Shown here: one piece after another, positions 26,842 through 38,407 of the stretch
Layout of the letters: each line of letters opens with the position of its first letter
Position numbering within the stretch: the first letter of the stretch is position 1
NCBI GenBank assembly: GCA_004431415.1
Contig: QPMI01000709.1
Location: 1-64,000 of the forward strand
Reading direction: 5' to 3'
From: Cyanophora paradoxa CCMP329
Taxonomy: Eukaryota; Plantae; Glaucophyta
DNA length: 64,000 bases
The notes under the pieces: generated by a model
The model's database searches: none
The model's input: the letters and a program-made list of their open reading frames with translations, nothing else
What the model was told of the DNA's origin: nothing
Made by a program: the position numbers and the translations under genes

Positions 26842-28139
26842 ATGAGCAGGCAGAGGGGATACCGCACAATTGATCTGATGGGCTCCGTACTGGGTCGCGC
26901 GCCTGTCGAGGAAATAGGAGAGCCGGTGGCGCAGCTGAGCGAGCTGAACGATGACCTCTTGCAGGCCTTCTTCTCGCACTTGACCCCCCTAGACCGCCTC
27001 CGAGCATCGCAGGTGCGGCTGCTGCGGCCGGCGCCGCGAAGCTGCCGCTTTCTCACAATTTCACAGGTTTGCAGAGAGTGGCGACGTCTCGCAGCGCTCA
27101 AGCCGGTGCGCGCACCGTTGTGTTGGATCATACGCATCTGAATGGAGCCCTGCGCCTGCAGCGCCCTATCCTTGTCGGCACTCGCGGTGTACCGCGTATC
27201 AAGGACGCCATTAGCGCGGCGGAGCCGGGCCAAGTGATTCTCGTCTGCCCAGGCAGGTGCGTCTGCAGCTGGGCCGGGCCGGCGGCTGGGGCATAGCAGC
27301 GAGGCGGGCGCAGGTATGAGGAGTCCCTCCTCCTGGACAAGGAGGTGCACATCATCGGGACGCGGCGCGCGGCGCTGGTGTGTGCGACGGGGACTGCCCT
27401 CGCGTGCCGCGGCTCCGCTGCGCCCAGCGTGTGCGGCCTCACGATCCAGGGCGGCGCGAACGGCGCCGTTCTCATCTCCGGCGGGAGCCGCGCCCGCATC
27501 GAGAACTGCGACGGTTCGGTCCCGCCACGCGGCCGCACCGTGCTAGGCTAGGCTGACGCGCTCGGGCGCGGGGGCAGTGAGCTGCGGCGCCGGGGGCAGC
27601 GCGGCGGCGGTGTCGCGGGGGCCTGCGGAGCCGGCGCTGCGAAGCGGGAGGGGCACGGGCATCAGCGTGTGCGACCCGGGGACCGCCCCCGCCCTCCTCC
27701 GCAACCGCGTCCACTCCTGCGGCATGGTCCGACCCGCCCCGCCCGCCCGCCCGCCCGCCCGCTCGTTGGCCGACGCGCGCGGGGCGGCAGGCTGTGTTCT
27801 TCTACGACGAGGCGGCGGGGCTGGCGGAGGGGAACCTCGTCGAGGGCAACGACTGGTTCGCCTTCGAGGTCTCCTTCGGGGCGGACCCCACCGTGAGCGC
27901 AACCCGCCCGCCCCGCCGCCCCCGCCCCTCCCTGCCAGCCCCCTCCCAAGCGCGCGGCGGGGCGCGGGCGCGGGGCGCAGGTGAGGGGGAACAGGGTGCG
28001 GGGCCAGCGGTGGGGCGTGAGCGTGCCGGCGACGGGGCGGGGGCGGGTGACGGGGAACGTGCTCGAGGGCGTCGCCTCGCCCCTCGAGGTCGACCCCGCC
28101 GCCCGCTGCGCCGTCGATGGCAACGTCGTCCGGCCCTGA
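26842..28139 (+). CDS. F-box protein with right-handed beta-helix (FBXO11-like)
   Basis: F-box LSELNDDLLQAFFSHLTPLDRLRASQ/VCREWRRLA, then IKDAISAAEPGQVILVCPG/RYEESLLLDKEVHIIG and PbH1-like repeats. Confidence 0.8.
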
Positions 28140-28269
28140 GCCCGAGAGCCGGAGCTGCGGAGCCCCGCGACACTGTGCGGACTGAGCCAGACACCGGTAG
28201 GTAGCTTTAGCTTGGATCCGGTTCGTATTAGTATTGTTAATCATAATGGGTGTCATAGAAAAGTAATGC

Positions 28270-29249
28270 GCGCTAGCGCTGGGGCCGGCTCCGGCCTTGC
28301 GGGGTCCAGGGCAGGGGACGGGGCGGGGGCGGGGGCGGCGGGGTCGCCCGGCGGCTGCTCGGCGCGCTCGGCGAGGGCGACGACGTCGGCGAGGGAGGGG
28401 CCCCCTGCGCCCCGCGCGGTGGGCCCGGGCCCCGGCGCGGCGCGGGGCGGGCGGGGCGGCCGCGGGGGGCGCACGGGCGGAGAGCGACTCGAAGCGGCCG
28501 AGGGCGGCGCCGAGGGCGGCGAGGGCCTGCTGCCGCGCCGCCTCCGCCTCCTTCGCGCGGCCCCCGAAGAGCTTCCGGCGCTCCTCCGCCCGCAAGCCCT
28601 CACCTCCTGCAGGTCCCGCGCCGCCGCCGCCACGTCCGCCGCCGCCCCGCCCCGCTCCTGCAGCCGCCCCCCCGCCGCCCGCGCCGCCCGCTCCGCCTCC
28701 GCCACCGCCGCCGCGCTCCTGCTCCGCGGGGCCCAGCCGCCACTCCAGCAGCTCCGCGATCCTCTGAGCCGCCATCAGCGGCCGGCGCGGCGCGGCCCGG
28801 CGGGGCGCGCGCGCCTCGCGGTCGACGCGGTCTCGCAGGCGGCGGAGCTGGTCGCGCAGCGCCGGGGCGATGAAGCAGAGCGCCGGGATGCAGATGAAGA
28901 CGTACACGGCGAACTGGCCTACGCCGATCCCGCCGGCGCCGCCGACGTCCGGGCCGATGTCGATGTCCGGCCCGAAGCTGTTTCCGATGCGCACACCGGA
29001 CACGCCGCTGTCGCCATTGAGCTGTCCGACTGCGCCACTGTCGCTGTGGCCACTGCCGATGAAGTAGCGGAGGAGGGCGCGCAGAATGAGGAAGACGGCG
29101 AGGATAAAGACGACGTAGATGATGAACGTCGCGAAAAGCAACGCAAGCAGCACTTGTGCCAAGCCGTCGAAAAAAGCCGCCACCGGGTCGAAAAAAGCCG
29201 CAACCGGGTCATCTCTGCGTTCCGGTTGACGCGTTGGAGCGTTCCCCAT
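28270..29249 (-). CDS. Hypothetical membrane protein (two hydrophobic segments, Ala-rich coiled coil)
   Basis: MGNAPT...VLLALLFATFIIYVVFILAVFLILRALL and FAVYVFICIPALCFIAP, followed by short GC-rich introns; 3' end approximate. Confidence 0.5.
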
Positions 29250-29538
29250 CAGATGCGCTTCTTGTAAAAGTAATGGAGTCCAGTGGCTCGATGGCTAGGC
29301 GGCCGGGGCGCCGAGAGTCAGGTGGGTTCGGCTGCAGTGCGCCACCGCCAGGCCCTGACACGCGGCAGCCGAGCCGGATGAGTCTGAAGCGGTGCACGAC
29401 CGAGTACTAGTGGCACACGCTGGACAGAATTCGAACACGCTAGCGCTGGACAGATCCTCGCTGCCTAGGGCGGTACTACGGTACCCCCGGGCCGCAACCG
29501 AAACGGCGCTGTAGCCCACTGCACGAGCAAGGACCACC

Positions 29539-30301
29539 ATGGATCGTACTTGTTTCACGGCGCTGGTGGTGCCTGGCCGCATCGGATCGGCGCAGCTCGC
29601 CTCGGCCGACCGCGTCGCCGTCGCCCCGCTCAAGGCCTCCCGCCGGGCGGAGCGGGCCGGTGCGAAGGGCTCGTTCTTCGTCGCGGCGGCGCAGGAGGAG
29701 GCGCAGGCGTCGACGTCCAGCGCGTCTCCGGCGGCGTCGCGGCGGCAGTTCCTCGCGGCGGCCGCGGCGGCGCTCGCGGCTGCGGGCCTCCCGGTCCAGC
29801 CGGCGAGCGCTTCCGTCACGCTCGGTATGTCGCTTCTTTGGAAGCTTAGCTGGCACCTCGGCCCGTGTGCGATCCTGCGGAGCATATGAACTGCGGATCC
29901 TGCGGATGCTTCCGAAGTTTGTAGCACTGACACGGGGCTCTCTCCTGTTCTCCTGCGCAGACCCAACACAGCGCGCGGCCGTTGATAGCGTGAGCCTGCG
30001 AGAATCCCTGCGAGGGCCTTCCCGCGTGCCGACGCGTGCTCTGACGTCCTTCATCCTCAGTTCGTCCTTCCGGCGAACTGGATCCCCGTCCCCGGTTCCA
30101 TCGCCTCTTTCGAGCAGGTTGCGCTCCGGTAGCTGTCGACCCAGGCCCGCTTTTTTTGCCCACTCGTAGTCTCTGGCATGCCGGCGCCGCATCGCCACAG
30201 GCTCATGGTGACAGCTAAACCGTTCGAGCACTGCCGCTCGGCGCATCTCCCAGCGCCAGCTGCGGAGACACGCACCCACTTCTGCTCGCTCTTTGAAATA
30301 A
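29539..30301 (+). other. Partial inverted duplicate of the PsbP-domain gene first exon; young gene or pseudogene
   Basis: 29588-29816 is a near-identical reverse complement of 24872-25100, kept in frame behind a different ATG (29539) and followed by a GTATGT donor. Confidence 0.65.
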
Positions 30302-31494
30302 GCTGTATGTAGTGTAAATTAATCTACAGTGTGTGAATTCCCCATGCAGTATTCTGCCCGCGGCCGGCCAGGTTGAACTCCGATCCTGGCCTAGGGTCCG
30401 GCCGCTGGGCCCTTGCAATTGCCGCGGGTGCGGCAGGCGGCGGAGCGGGGAGTGGGGGGGGCCAGCTGCAGGTTGGACATGGATCCTGGCCAGTGGAGGG
30501 GGGGTCGATCCTTGGACGTCGAGGCGGTGGGGGCGGGGCCCGGGGGGTTGGGGGGATCCGGAGGAGAATGGGGGGGCCCGGCGCGGGGGGCGCCACCGTG
30601 CACGTGCACGTGGCATCATGGCATCGCGCGCGGCACCGTCACGGGGTCACCGGGTCTCAGATATCGATCCATAGAGTCTAGATCATCAGATCTAGACCGT
30701 CGGACTCGGAGATATCGATCTCAACTTGCAAATCATTTGAATGCATCAAAGGCACTGCGGCATATGCAGCTGCCAGGGGGCGAAAGTGATCATGATCCGA
30801 TGACTCACAGTGATCATCATCAGAGCCATGCATATGGTCACCGTCGACGTCACTGAGTCAGGGCGTGGCACGGTCTGCCAGGCGCCGGCTGGCTTCGAAT
30901 TCATGATTCAGCCTTTAATTCGAAGCTTTCATGATCAGCTTCAATTTAAAGGCTTCAAGCCCGCCGGGCTCGGGGCCGGCGCAGTTTAGATCTAGCCTAG
31001 TAGCCCGGCCGGGGGCGGGCCGCGCGGCCCGGGCCGTGATCATGACTCAGTGACTCAGTGAGCTAGGGGTGGCGTGCCATTTTCGATTCATCCTCAGGCC
31101 GGGGGAACCAGAGCCTCAGCCTGGTACTGCGGCACTGCGGCAGCGGCCTCAAAGAGCCGAAGTTTCAAGTTTGGTCCAGATCATCGGATTCATCGGCCTA
31201 GCCAGTCCGACGGTCGACGTCGGGGCCCGGGGCGCCGGCCCAGCTGCAGTACCCAGTTTGCAAAGCCCTTGAAGGCCCAAGGGCGGCGGGCCTCCGGCTC
31301 AGCCTGGCAGCGGCTTTTCAAAGACTTGACGAATCAGTCATTCATGATCATTGAATTTTTGATCAATCACTGATGATGAACTGACACAATGACTTAAAAT
31401 TCGAACTCGGACTCCATGCTGAGATCTAGATCTAGATCTAGATCTAGAGTCTAGATATCGATCTCGCTTCAACGATTTTCAATTCTGCGCGTAT

Positions 31495-32697
31495 TTACTG
31501 AATGTAAGGAATCCGTTCCCAGCATTCGAAGGCGAAGGCTTCAAGGGCGAGGCTTAGGGCCGCGTGAGGGGAGGCGAGGGGCCTCGCGGGGGTCCTCGCC
31601 GAGTCGGGCCGCTTGCCGCGGACCTCGACGGGCCGGGCGACGGCCTCGAAGGAGTCCTCGGCGAGGGCACCGAGGGCCCGGGCCCCCGGAAGGAGGCGCA
31701 CGCCGACCTCGGGGCCCCGCAGACGGTTGCCCCGCATCTCGAGCCCTGCCGCAGTGCCGGCGGGCACGAGGCCGGGCCCCCAGCAGCCGCCGACCCCCCG
31801 GCCCCAGGCCCGCCGCGCCCTCGACGAAGAGGAGGCCGCAGAGGCGGCATTCCGCGACCTCGTTCGAATTCCCGAGCAGCAGCGGCGCCGTCCCCACGCC
31901 CCGCACCTCCACTGGACCCCCACGTCCGCCCCCCTCACTGCCCGCCGCTCGGGTAGACGGGATCAAGGTGGACGGGTAGGGCGCGGGGCGCGCACGGCGG
32001 CAGCAGGCCGGGACTCGGGAGAGGAGGGCGCGGCCGCCGCCGTAGACGAGGACGCAGCGGGCGCCGGCGCCCTCCTCGAGGGCCTCGCTCCGCACCGCGA
32101 GACCGTGCACCGCGGGCCGTCAGTCGCCCGGATCCCCGCAGCGCGACCGCCGCCGCGCCCTCCCCGACGAGCTTGAGCACCGCCCCGGGCGCCGGCCCCG
32201 CCACGATGTGCACCTCCTCCTCGACGAGGACGTCGTGCTCCCATCTGCCCGGGCGGGTCGATCGACAAGAATACCGGAGGCACGAAGGAATTGATCGAGC
32301 ACCAATGCGCGCGCAAGACGGGTTGGGCCGTCGGGGCAGGTCCCCGTTGCCTTGTCGGATGTTGGCGTCAGAGAGCGGCACGTCAGGCCGGCGGTCGTGC
32401 TACGGCGTCGGCGCCGGCGGGCTCACCGGCCAGGCGTGGAGCCGGATCACATCGCCCTTGCGCGCGCGCGCGCGGGGCCAGGGCCGCCCCCAGGCCCAAG
32501 CCGCCCCGAGGCTCCACCTCGATTGTCCCTTTGCTGTAGGCGATTGCAGGCAAAACTCGCACGCAGAATGCCAGGCACGCCGGCAGCTCCACCGCCGCCA
32601 GAAGCGCGCGCTTGAATTGCTCCACCGTTGCCGCGCAGTCGCTCAGAGAAGGGGGCTGTTCACGGTTTTCGCCAGTTGCTCCCGACGCCATTGCCAT
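31495..32697 (-). CDS. Hypothetical protein with parallel beta-helix-like repeats
   Basis: GTIEVEP/GRWEHDVLVEEEVHIVAG, RCVLVYGGGRALLSR and LLGNSNEVAECRLCGLLFVEGAAG across short introns. Confidence 0.5.
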
Positions 32698-32810
32698 TGC
32701 CTGCCATTGCTCTAGATCTTGAGCGCCGCTGAGCCGGCACCTGAGCTGAACGTCGTGCCGTGCGAAGGAAGCGCTGCGTATCCCCCTAACCCTGAGCCAG
32801 GTCGGAGGAC

Positions 32811-34604
32811 ATGTCGGGCTGGGACTCGCTTCTGGGGCGTCCTCAGGCGACGTCGACGGGAACGCCTGTTGCAGCCTCCGGGAGGCGACCGAAGACCCCC
32901 GACCCCAACAAGACCCCGCCGGCATCCCTGAACAACGCGGCGAAGACGCCGCTGTCTGCGACATCCACGACGAGTACGGGCTCACGCTATGGATCTATCC
33001 GAACCGCCGGACATGGCCTTCACGGACAGCTCAAGGTCCGCAGTCACACCGCGCCGAGTTGCACAGCGGTTGACGCTGGCGGGCGAACAGTGCTTGATCT
33101 TTGAAGCGAAAGACCTCGACCCGAAGTGCCGCAGTGCGTGAGCCGCGCCTGTGACCAGCCCGCTGCCTAGAGCAAACTCCGGAAGTTGTCGCGGCTGGTC
33201 CAGCTGCCGGCACCGGCGGCGCGCGCGCCGAGGCGCGCTTAACTAACCGAGAGCATCGCACGCCAGGCGCGGTCGTGAGCGTCGAGCTCGGCAGCTTGGA
33301 GGCCTCAACGCCGCCGGTGCGAAGGGTTCCGAGCTGACCTGTGTTCGCCAAGCCCACTGGCCCCGTGCAGGCCGACGTCATCGATGGCACATGCACTTGG
33401 GACCAGGAACACATTTTCATAGTCGACCAGCGCACGGAATCGCTCATCATCGTGACGGTTGGCGCCCTTGCGTGCTCCCGGGTCCCCCGAGGGCGGGTGC
33501 TGACGCAAGCGTGCCGCGAAGGTGGCGGATGAAGAGACGGGCCAGCCCCTCGGTGCACGCTCTCGCGCCTTCCCGCCCGCCTCGCCCGCCTTGGCTGATC
33601 GCCCTCGCCTCCCGCAGGCCACGCGAAGCTGGGTGCGGGTGCAGGGGCGGGGGCGGGGGCGAAGGCGGGGCGGGGGCGGGGCCCTGACGGGGCGCGGGGG
33701 CCAGGGTTCGCGAAGATGGCGAAGCGCGACGTGAAGGACTGCGTCTCGGCGGAGGTGGACGCCTGGCTGCCCCTCGCCCTGACCGAGACCAAGCTCACCG
33801 GCAGCATCCACATGTCCTTCTGCTTTACCCACTTCCGTGCCCCCCGCCCCGCCCTGCCGCTGGCCCCCCGGACCCGCCGCTGACGCGCGCCCCCGCAGTG
33901 GACTCGAACATGAAGGACCCGGACGCGGGGTCGGCTCCCTCGGGCCCCGCCGCCCCGCAGGCCCCGCGCGCCGCGAAGAGCGGGCCCTACATGGGCCCCT
34001 ACGAGATCTACTCCTGTGCGCGCCCTCCTTTGCCCGCAGCCGCGGTCCGTGCCGGCTGACGGCGGGGCGGGGCGGCAGCGGGGATCGAAACGATGGAGGT
34101 GCTGTCGGACCCGCGGACGCCGGCGGTGCGGCCGCGCTCCAACTCCTTCCGGCGCACCAACACGCACACGATCGAGCGGGACGAGGCGGCCGCCCCCGCC
34201 GCCCCTACTCGCATCCAGCGCGCGGTCCCCGAGGAGGCCGAGCTGCCGCCCTTCCCCGCCATCTCCCCGGGCAACGGCTACCGCCGCGGCTCCGCCTCCA
34301 GCGGCTCCGCCGGCGGCTCCACCCGCGCCATCACGCGCGCCGCGCCCACCCCCCCGGCCCCGGCCCCGGCTCCGCCGCCTCCCTCCGGCGGCCTTTTCTC
34401 GTGCTGCCTCCCCTGGTCCGCCCCGCACGCGCGCGCGCGCGCGCCCCGCTCTGCGCCGCCGTCTCTCACGCGGCGCCGCGCAGGCTCGCGCCCAAGCCGC
34501 CCAAGGCGTCCTCCCAGCACCCCCGCGAGTTCCGCAGCCCCTCCAAGGACGACCGCCGCCGCCCCTCGGTCGACGGCATGGGGAGCCGACGCCTGAGCAC
34601 CTAG
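32811..34604 (+). CDS. C2-domain protein
   Basis: LHGQLK..., VVSVELG, DGTCTWDQEHIFIVDQRTESLIIVT/VADEETGQPL/GFAKM...DAWLPL...GSIHMSFCF follows the C2 strand pattern. Confidence 0.65.
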
Positions 34605-34908
34605 CGCCGTCCAAGATCAGCCTCGGTTATTCTAGGAAGTCAGTCGGTGGCGAATAGTTCAAAACGTATTTATATTCGTGCTCGCTAAATACGAGGTGTT
34701 AGCCTGCCGCAGCCGTGTAGTGGTATAGTGCTCTTGGCACTACGTTTTCGCTATTGCACGCGAGCACTGAAGCAGCTCTTCCGACGCGGACCGCCCGCGG
34801 CCAGCGCGTTGGCGTGCGTTGCACGTGGACCAACGTGGATGAGAACGCGGACTAATTCACTGAACCAGAGGGGGAGAGAACAAAAGGGGGGCGGGCCCCG
34901 GGGCCCCG

Positions 34909-37279
34909 CTAGACGCGGGGGGCGTCGAGGAGGGAGGCGGAGATCTCGTCGAACTTGTTGATGTGGCGCACGAAGTAGTCCACGAACGAGCGCTGCTTCT
35001 TCACGTCCGCCACGTGCACCTGCGCCCCGCCCGCCCAGTCGGCCCCGGCGGGGACGAGCCGCCTGCGAGGGCGAGGGGGCGGCGGCGGCGGTGCACCATG
35101 TCGACGTCGATGAAGAAGTCGACGTCCGAGGCGGAGGACCAGGCGCCCTGCAGCGCGGCCCCGCCCTTCCACACGAGCTGCCGCGTCTTGTGCTTCAGGC
35201 ACATCATCTGGGTGCGGAAGTCCGACTCGGACTGGCCGAGGAAGTCGACGAGCTTGGGGACGGGGATGGTGGTGTAGAGGCGCAGGTAGGAGCGGATGGT
35301 CGGGAGCATCGACTGCTGGCGGACCTCCGCGAGGAACATTCGGAGCTGCAGGACGTAGGCGTCCCCCTTCGACGAGCCGGCCGGCTCCTCGTAGTTAGGC
35401 CCCACCGGCGAGATGAACTTGGGGCAGCAGAAGGCGAAGAGCTCCCTGAACGCGTCCTCCTCCCCCCGCTGCAGCCGCTGCAGCTTCTCCGCGTACTTCT
35501 CCCGCACCACCTGCGCCCCCCGCCCGCCGGTCAGCACGGGAGGCCCCGGGCTGCAGCGGGCGGCTCGCCTGCTGGATGTTCTCGTCGATGCGCTGCGGGG
35601 CGAGCGCCAGCGCCAGGGCGACCATGCCGTACATCTGCGCCGCCCCGCCGTCAGCGCGGGCGCGGCGCGGCGGGGCGCGTTGCGGCGGGGCGCGCCTGGT
35701 CGGTCTTCTTCATGATCTGCTCCGACTGGTAGCCCGACTTGGCGTGCGCGGCCTTGGCGCGCGTGATGTACAGAAGCACGTGCTGCCGCCCGGCGTCGGG
35801 CGGCGGCGCGGGGCGGGCCGCGGGGCCGGGCCGCCCGGCACCTGGATGGACTTGATGCAGTCGACGTAGCGGCGCATCATGAGGTACGCGAACCCGACGT
35901 AGTAGTACGTCGTCACCTGCCGGCGGCGTCAGGCGGCCTCGCCGGGAGGGGAGGGGGGCAGAGGGGCGGGGCGGGCGGGCCTGGCAGGCGGTGACCGAGG
36001 TGAAGAGGGTGGCGTTCTTGTTGGAGAGGTCCAGCGAGGCGACGGACTTGAGGGCGAGGTGGTAGTCGCCCAGAAGGCAGTGCACGCGCAGCTGCCCGAT
36101 CTGCAGCGCCCCCGCCGTTCGTCGGCCCGGAGCGGCGGAGCGAGCGGAGCGGGCGGAGCGGACCATGGCGAAGTAGCCGAGCAGGCGGTAGATGTGGCCC
36201 GAGCCCTCCTCCGAGAGGTCACTGCGTCCGCGACGTGAGCCGGCGCGCGGGGCCGGGGGCCGAGGAGAGCGGGCGCGGCGCGCACTCCTTGTGGAGCGTC
36301 TCGCGGATGTTCGACTTCTTCACGAGGTCGTGGAGGTTCTGCAGCACCTCGTGCACCGACCAGACCTGCCGCCGCCGTCGGGCGCGGCGCGAATAACACG
36401 GGCCGTCTTCGAACCGCACCTGCGGGTTCTGCTTGAGGAGCTCGATCTCCTCCTCGGTCTTGTGCTTGGGGTTGGCGCGGTACTGCGGCGCGGGCGTCGG
36501 CGATGGGAGCAGCCGCGGGAGAGAGGAGCGGTGCGGCGGGAGGGGACCTGGCAGAAAGACTGGAACTGGTAGATGTACTCGTCGATCATGTCCCAGATCC
36601 ACTGGGCCGGGAGGTCGAACTCAAGCCCGTTGGAGTCTGCGGCGAGGCGACGGCGGTCAATGTTCAACCCACCGCGCATGCCGCGGCGCGCGGACGTACT
36701 CAGGAAGAACTGCATGAGCTGGCAGTAGTTCTCCCAAGACTCGAAGCGGTGCTGAATGGTCGGCGTGAGGCGCGCGTAGATGTGGCGGAAGTACAGCTCG
36801 CGGTAGAGCATAAGGAAGATGGGGTCTGCCGGGCGCGAGCGCGGGCCGTCAGAAAGGAAGAGGATGTCCTCCGCGACGCGTCGCACCGTTGTCGCAAAGG
36901 AAGCCGACGGATTCCGCTGCGAGCGGGGCGGCCGTGAGCGTCGGGCTGGCGATCTCGCAAACGAGCGGCGCGGCGCCCGCAGGGTGCTATCAGCGCACCC
37001 GGAGGCCACACGATGTTCTTGTAATAGCGCTCCGAGAGGCGCTCGAAGCTGCCAGTCGTTAGCTCCAGGATCTCAGCGGTGTTGCGGTCCATAAACTTCC
37101 GGTGGAAGAACGAGATGAAATCCTTGACGACTGCGCACGAATGCCGCGTCGGCCGGCGTCTTGGCGTGCGCGGATCGCCGGGACTCACGCTCGGGGATGT
37201 GGTAGCTGCGGCCACCGCCCGACGGCATATCGTCGTACGGGCGGCGATCGATATCATCGTCGAGGTCGTCGTAGTCCAT
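34909..37279 (-). CDS. EIF3L: Translation initiation factor eIF3 subunit L
   Basis: FLMLYRELYFRHIYARL, LPAQWIWDMIDEYIYQFQSFCQ, LRVHCLLGDYHLALK, TTYYYVGFAYLMMRRY, CCPKFISP and LPTIRSYLRLYTTI. Confidence 0.93.
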
Positions 37280-37450
37280 GGCTGCTTCCCTTGTGTCGGC
37301 CCGAACTTCGCCGACTTGAAAACGATCTACCCCGACCAGATCAAGTTCTGAACAAAACAGTTCGCTCAACGCTGTCCAAGCAGGTTATTCCTTCTTGAGC
37401 AAAGCAACAGACTCCGCAGCCGACCACCCGCTCCGTACCGCCACGCGAAG

Positions 37451-38335
37451 ATGAACGCCGCAGCCTTCTCGTTCCAGCCGACCGTGCCCTCGAGCTCCGT
37501 ACGCGTATCAGTGCCGCAGCGGAGCTACAGTGCCGTCTCCGTCTGCTCCGTACGCGCCCCCGCCCGACCACGCGCAGCTGGAATCTAGATCTAGAGCGCG
37601 GCGCGCGCCCCGGGCTTTCACGCTCTTGCTAACGGCGCATTCCAATCACGCAGGCTGAACCCGAGGCCGGCTCATCGAAAACGCGCCGCGCGGGGGCGGC
37701 TGCGTCGGTTGTTTTGGCGGCTATCCTCTCGGGCGCCTTGTCCGCACAGGCTGGTGCGTTGCCTCGAACTCCCCGGGCGTAGCTGCGATCGAGTTGTCGC
37801 ACGCTGCTTTCGATGAGGGTCTTCGCCGCCCGGCGAACCAGTCGCATATTATTGCGGCGCTCGCGCCCCCGCGGCCCCGCAGTACTACTGGGCCTGGAAC
37901 GCCTGCTCACGCGCGCGCATTCGCAGGCGACCTCGCCACGGGCGAGAAGATCTTCGAGACGAACTGCGCGGGGTGCCACGCGGGCGGCGGGCAGGTGCTC
38001 CCTGTCTTCCCCCCGCTGCCGCGTCGTCCGCGTTCCGAGCCAAGGCGCCGGCGCGGCCTGCAGGTGATCCCGTTCGCCAAGTTCCAGGGCAAGGACCTCT
38101 CGCAGAAGGCCCTCAAGAAGTTCGGCTATGACTCTGTGGAGGCGATCAAGGGCCTGCTGGTTTCGGGCCAGGTGCCCATGCCCCATCCCTCGACTGCCTA
38201 GCCGAGCCTCAACTCCACCCGCACGCGCAGGCCCCCATGCCGAGCTACGTAGAAGGGCCCCAGAAGCTCGACGACGCCCAGATGGAGGCCGTCTCTGAAT
38301 ACGTCCTCGAGCGCGCCCAGGCCAACTGGAAGTAG
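37451..38335 (+). CDS. petJ: Nuclear-encoded cytochrome c6-like protein
   Basis: MNAAAF- transit start; mature region GDLATGEKIFETNCAGCHAGG (CxxCH), GPMPSY (axial Met) and KLDDAQMEAVSEYVLERAQANWK. Confidence 0.75.
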
Positions 38336-38407
38336 TCTCGATCCCCGAGACGTCAGCTAGCTGCTCTGGTGCTCTAATTAAAGCGACGTGGCCGTGGGGC
38401 CGGCCGG

